Below are positions 62,331 to 64,000 of a DNA stretch of 64,000 nucleotides, in pieces (the first letter of the stretch is position 1; each line of letters opens with the position of its first letter). The position numbers and the translations under genes are program-made. The notes beneath the pieces are model-generated. The model did no database searches, was not told where the DNA came from, and worked only from the letters and a program-made list of their open reading frames with translations. Source of the stretch: Antechinus flavipes (lineage: Eukaryota); the NCBI RefSeq assembly GCF_016432865.1, contig NC_067399.1, positions 444,726,001 through 444,790,000 of the forward strand. The letters run 5' to 3'.

Positions 62331-64000
62331 GTTCAGTTACCTTATCAATAATTAAGGCTAGGATTGACATTTCCAAACTGTACCCATCATTCCTTCCCTC
62401 CCCAACAAAATGGCAGGCAATGGATCTCAACCCACTTCATACAGTGAAACAAGACTGGGAAGTGGGCAGGAAAGGGAAATAACCAGGAATGTCCCCAGTA
62501 AGCTTCAGTTCTCAGGAGCCTCAGACCTTGCCAGGAAGTGGCATGATGTAGGATTCCTGGGTTGCTATTTTAGGACAGCTCCGAGGTCATAGTGGCTCCT
62601 GGATCACAGATACTCTGGGGAGGAGAGGTATCCTAATGGGGTGCATCGGATTGGTTTCCCATCCCAGAGCACAGGCAGAGAGCCAGCAGTCAGTTAGGAA
62701 ACTGAAAGTTCTAGCCTGGAATGTCCAAATATAGACATTTCCAGATTACAGGGAGGAATGTTCCTGCAGGGCAGGAGGAAGGGTCATGTAGGACAGAGAA
62801 AGACTAGGCTAGTAAAACTATAAGATTATATCAGTCTGCCTCCCCAACAGGCTGGCTTTGCCCATGTACAATTAGAGGAAATCTGTACATCTGGCAGATG
62901 AGTCCTTCTTGCCAACAGGACAAAGCTGTGGAGTTACATAAAGAACTGGGCAAAGAGGGCCTGTAAAGTGAAACTTTTATGAAGAACATAAAGCAAAGGT
63001 CAGAAAGCAAATCTCAGGGAGAATTACTTTTGGGACTGTTACCTATTTGATTTTAAATTTTAAAATACATATTTATTGCTATCCTTTTTTGCACCATGTA
63101 CATTTTTTAATTCATTCTTCCTCCTTCTTCCTTTCAGAGAGTAATTCCTTATAAAAAAGGATAAAAAAGTTCACAAGATTAACCCACATAAAAAGGCTGA
63201 CATTAAATACAAATAAACAAAAGGCTTACATTATAGGCCACATTCCATACCCATAGTCTTTTTTCCCTGAAAAGAATCAGGGAGATGTTGCTTTCTCATC
63301 TTCTTTCTTTGGGGCAAAGCTTGGATGTTATAATTTCACATTACTTGATTATTATGTGGTTGTTCTTCCCATTGACATTGTTTGTAGTCATTGCACACAA
63401 TGTTTTTCTGGTTTTGTTTATTTCATCTGTCCATACAAGTCTTCTGTTTCTGACATCTGTCATCTCATTACCTCCATGGGGTTGCTCTCCCAAACTGCCC
63501 CCTGTACAGTACAGTGATATTCTTCTTGGATTAGCTGAATATATAAATGTACCTCTCTGACTCATCATCCACAAGCTTTCAATAAAACAGGCCACAATTT
63601 CCCACTCTGTGTGTTTATCAGCACCCCTTCCCCATGAACGATTCCTGTACCATTCTGATGTTCTAAAACAGCAATATTCAATCCACTTTGCTTGACTAAT
63701 ATCAACACAGGATCACAGAAAACTGTGGCTTTTCATCAATATTCTCTGTAATTGATAGTGATGGTGATGGTGGGAAAGGGTTCTAGAGGAGGGGCTGGGC
63801 AGAAGGGAGAATGTACTGAGCAGGAGAAGAGAGCACAAGTCAATGCTACACTTAAGTAGAATTTATCAAGAAAAGAGAGAATAGGCCAGAAAAGTGAGAA
63901 GCTTTACCAAACTACAGATAGGGTCTGATTAGTGAGAATAATGACTCCTTTGAAGTGGTCCCAGGTATTTGCTGTCAGAGCTCTCAGAGTTATAATTATA

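Noticed and set aside
1-64000. CRISPR arrays, tRNA, rRNA, snRNA or snoRNA genes
   Set aside because: None recognised; recurring similar segments are dispersed L1 3' ends and SINEs, and the tRNA-like boxes belong to SINE heads.

Overview
Marsupial genomic DNA, most likely dasyurid (Tasmanian devil-like), judged from the repeat families: WSINE1/MAR1-type CORE-SINEs, RTE-derived SINEs and marsupial-type L1 3' ends. The window holds the 5' end of TOP1 (DNA topoisomerase I) on the minus strand: a CpG-island promoter, exon 1 (MSGDQLHNDSQ), exon 2 (IDADFRVN) and about 19 kb of intron 2. I did not find exon 3, which presumably lies left of the window. Intron 2 carries a heavily deleted processed pseudogene of SF3B2 fused at its 3' end to half of a SINE. 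The ~44 kb upstream of TOP1 contains no recognisable gene. It holds a second, orphan CpG island, three solo LTRs with target-site duplications, many nested L1/L2/CR1/SINE/hAT fragments, a degenerate pentamer repeat and a 153-N gap. The best leads are (1) a candidate upstream exon in the orphan island that would splice in frame to TOP1 exon 2 and encode an Arg-rich, presequence-like N-terminus, (2) the SF3B2 retrocopy with repeated microhomology deletions and a SINE junction, and (3) candidate poison exons just downstream of TOP1 exon 2. Repeat family names and comparisons to human sequences come from recalled consensus or reference sequences, not from a search. Repeat boundaries are approximate unless a TSD is given.
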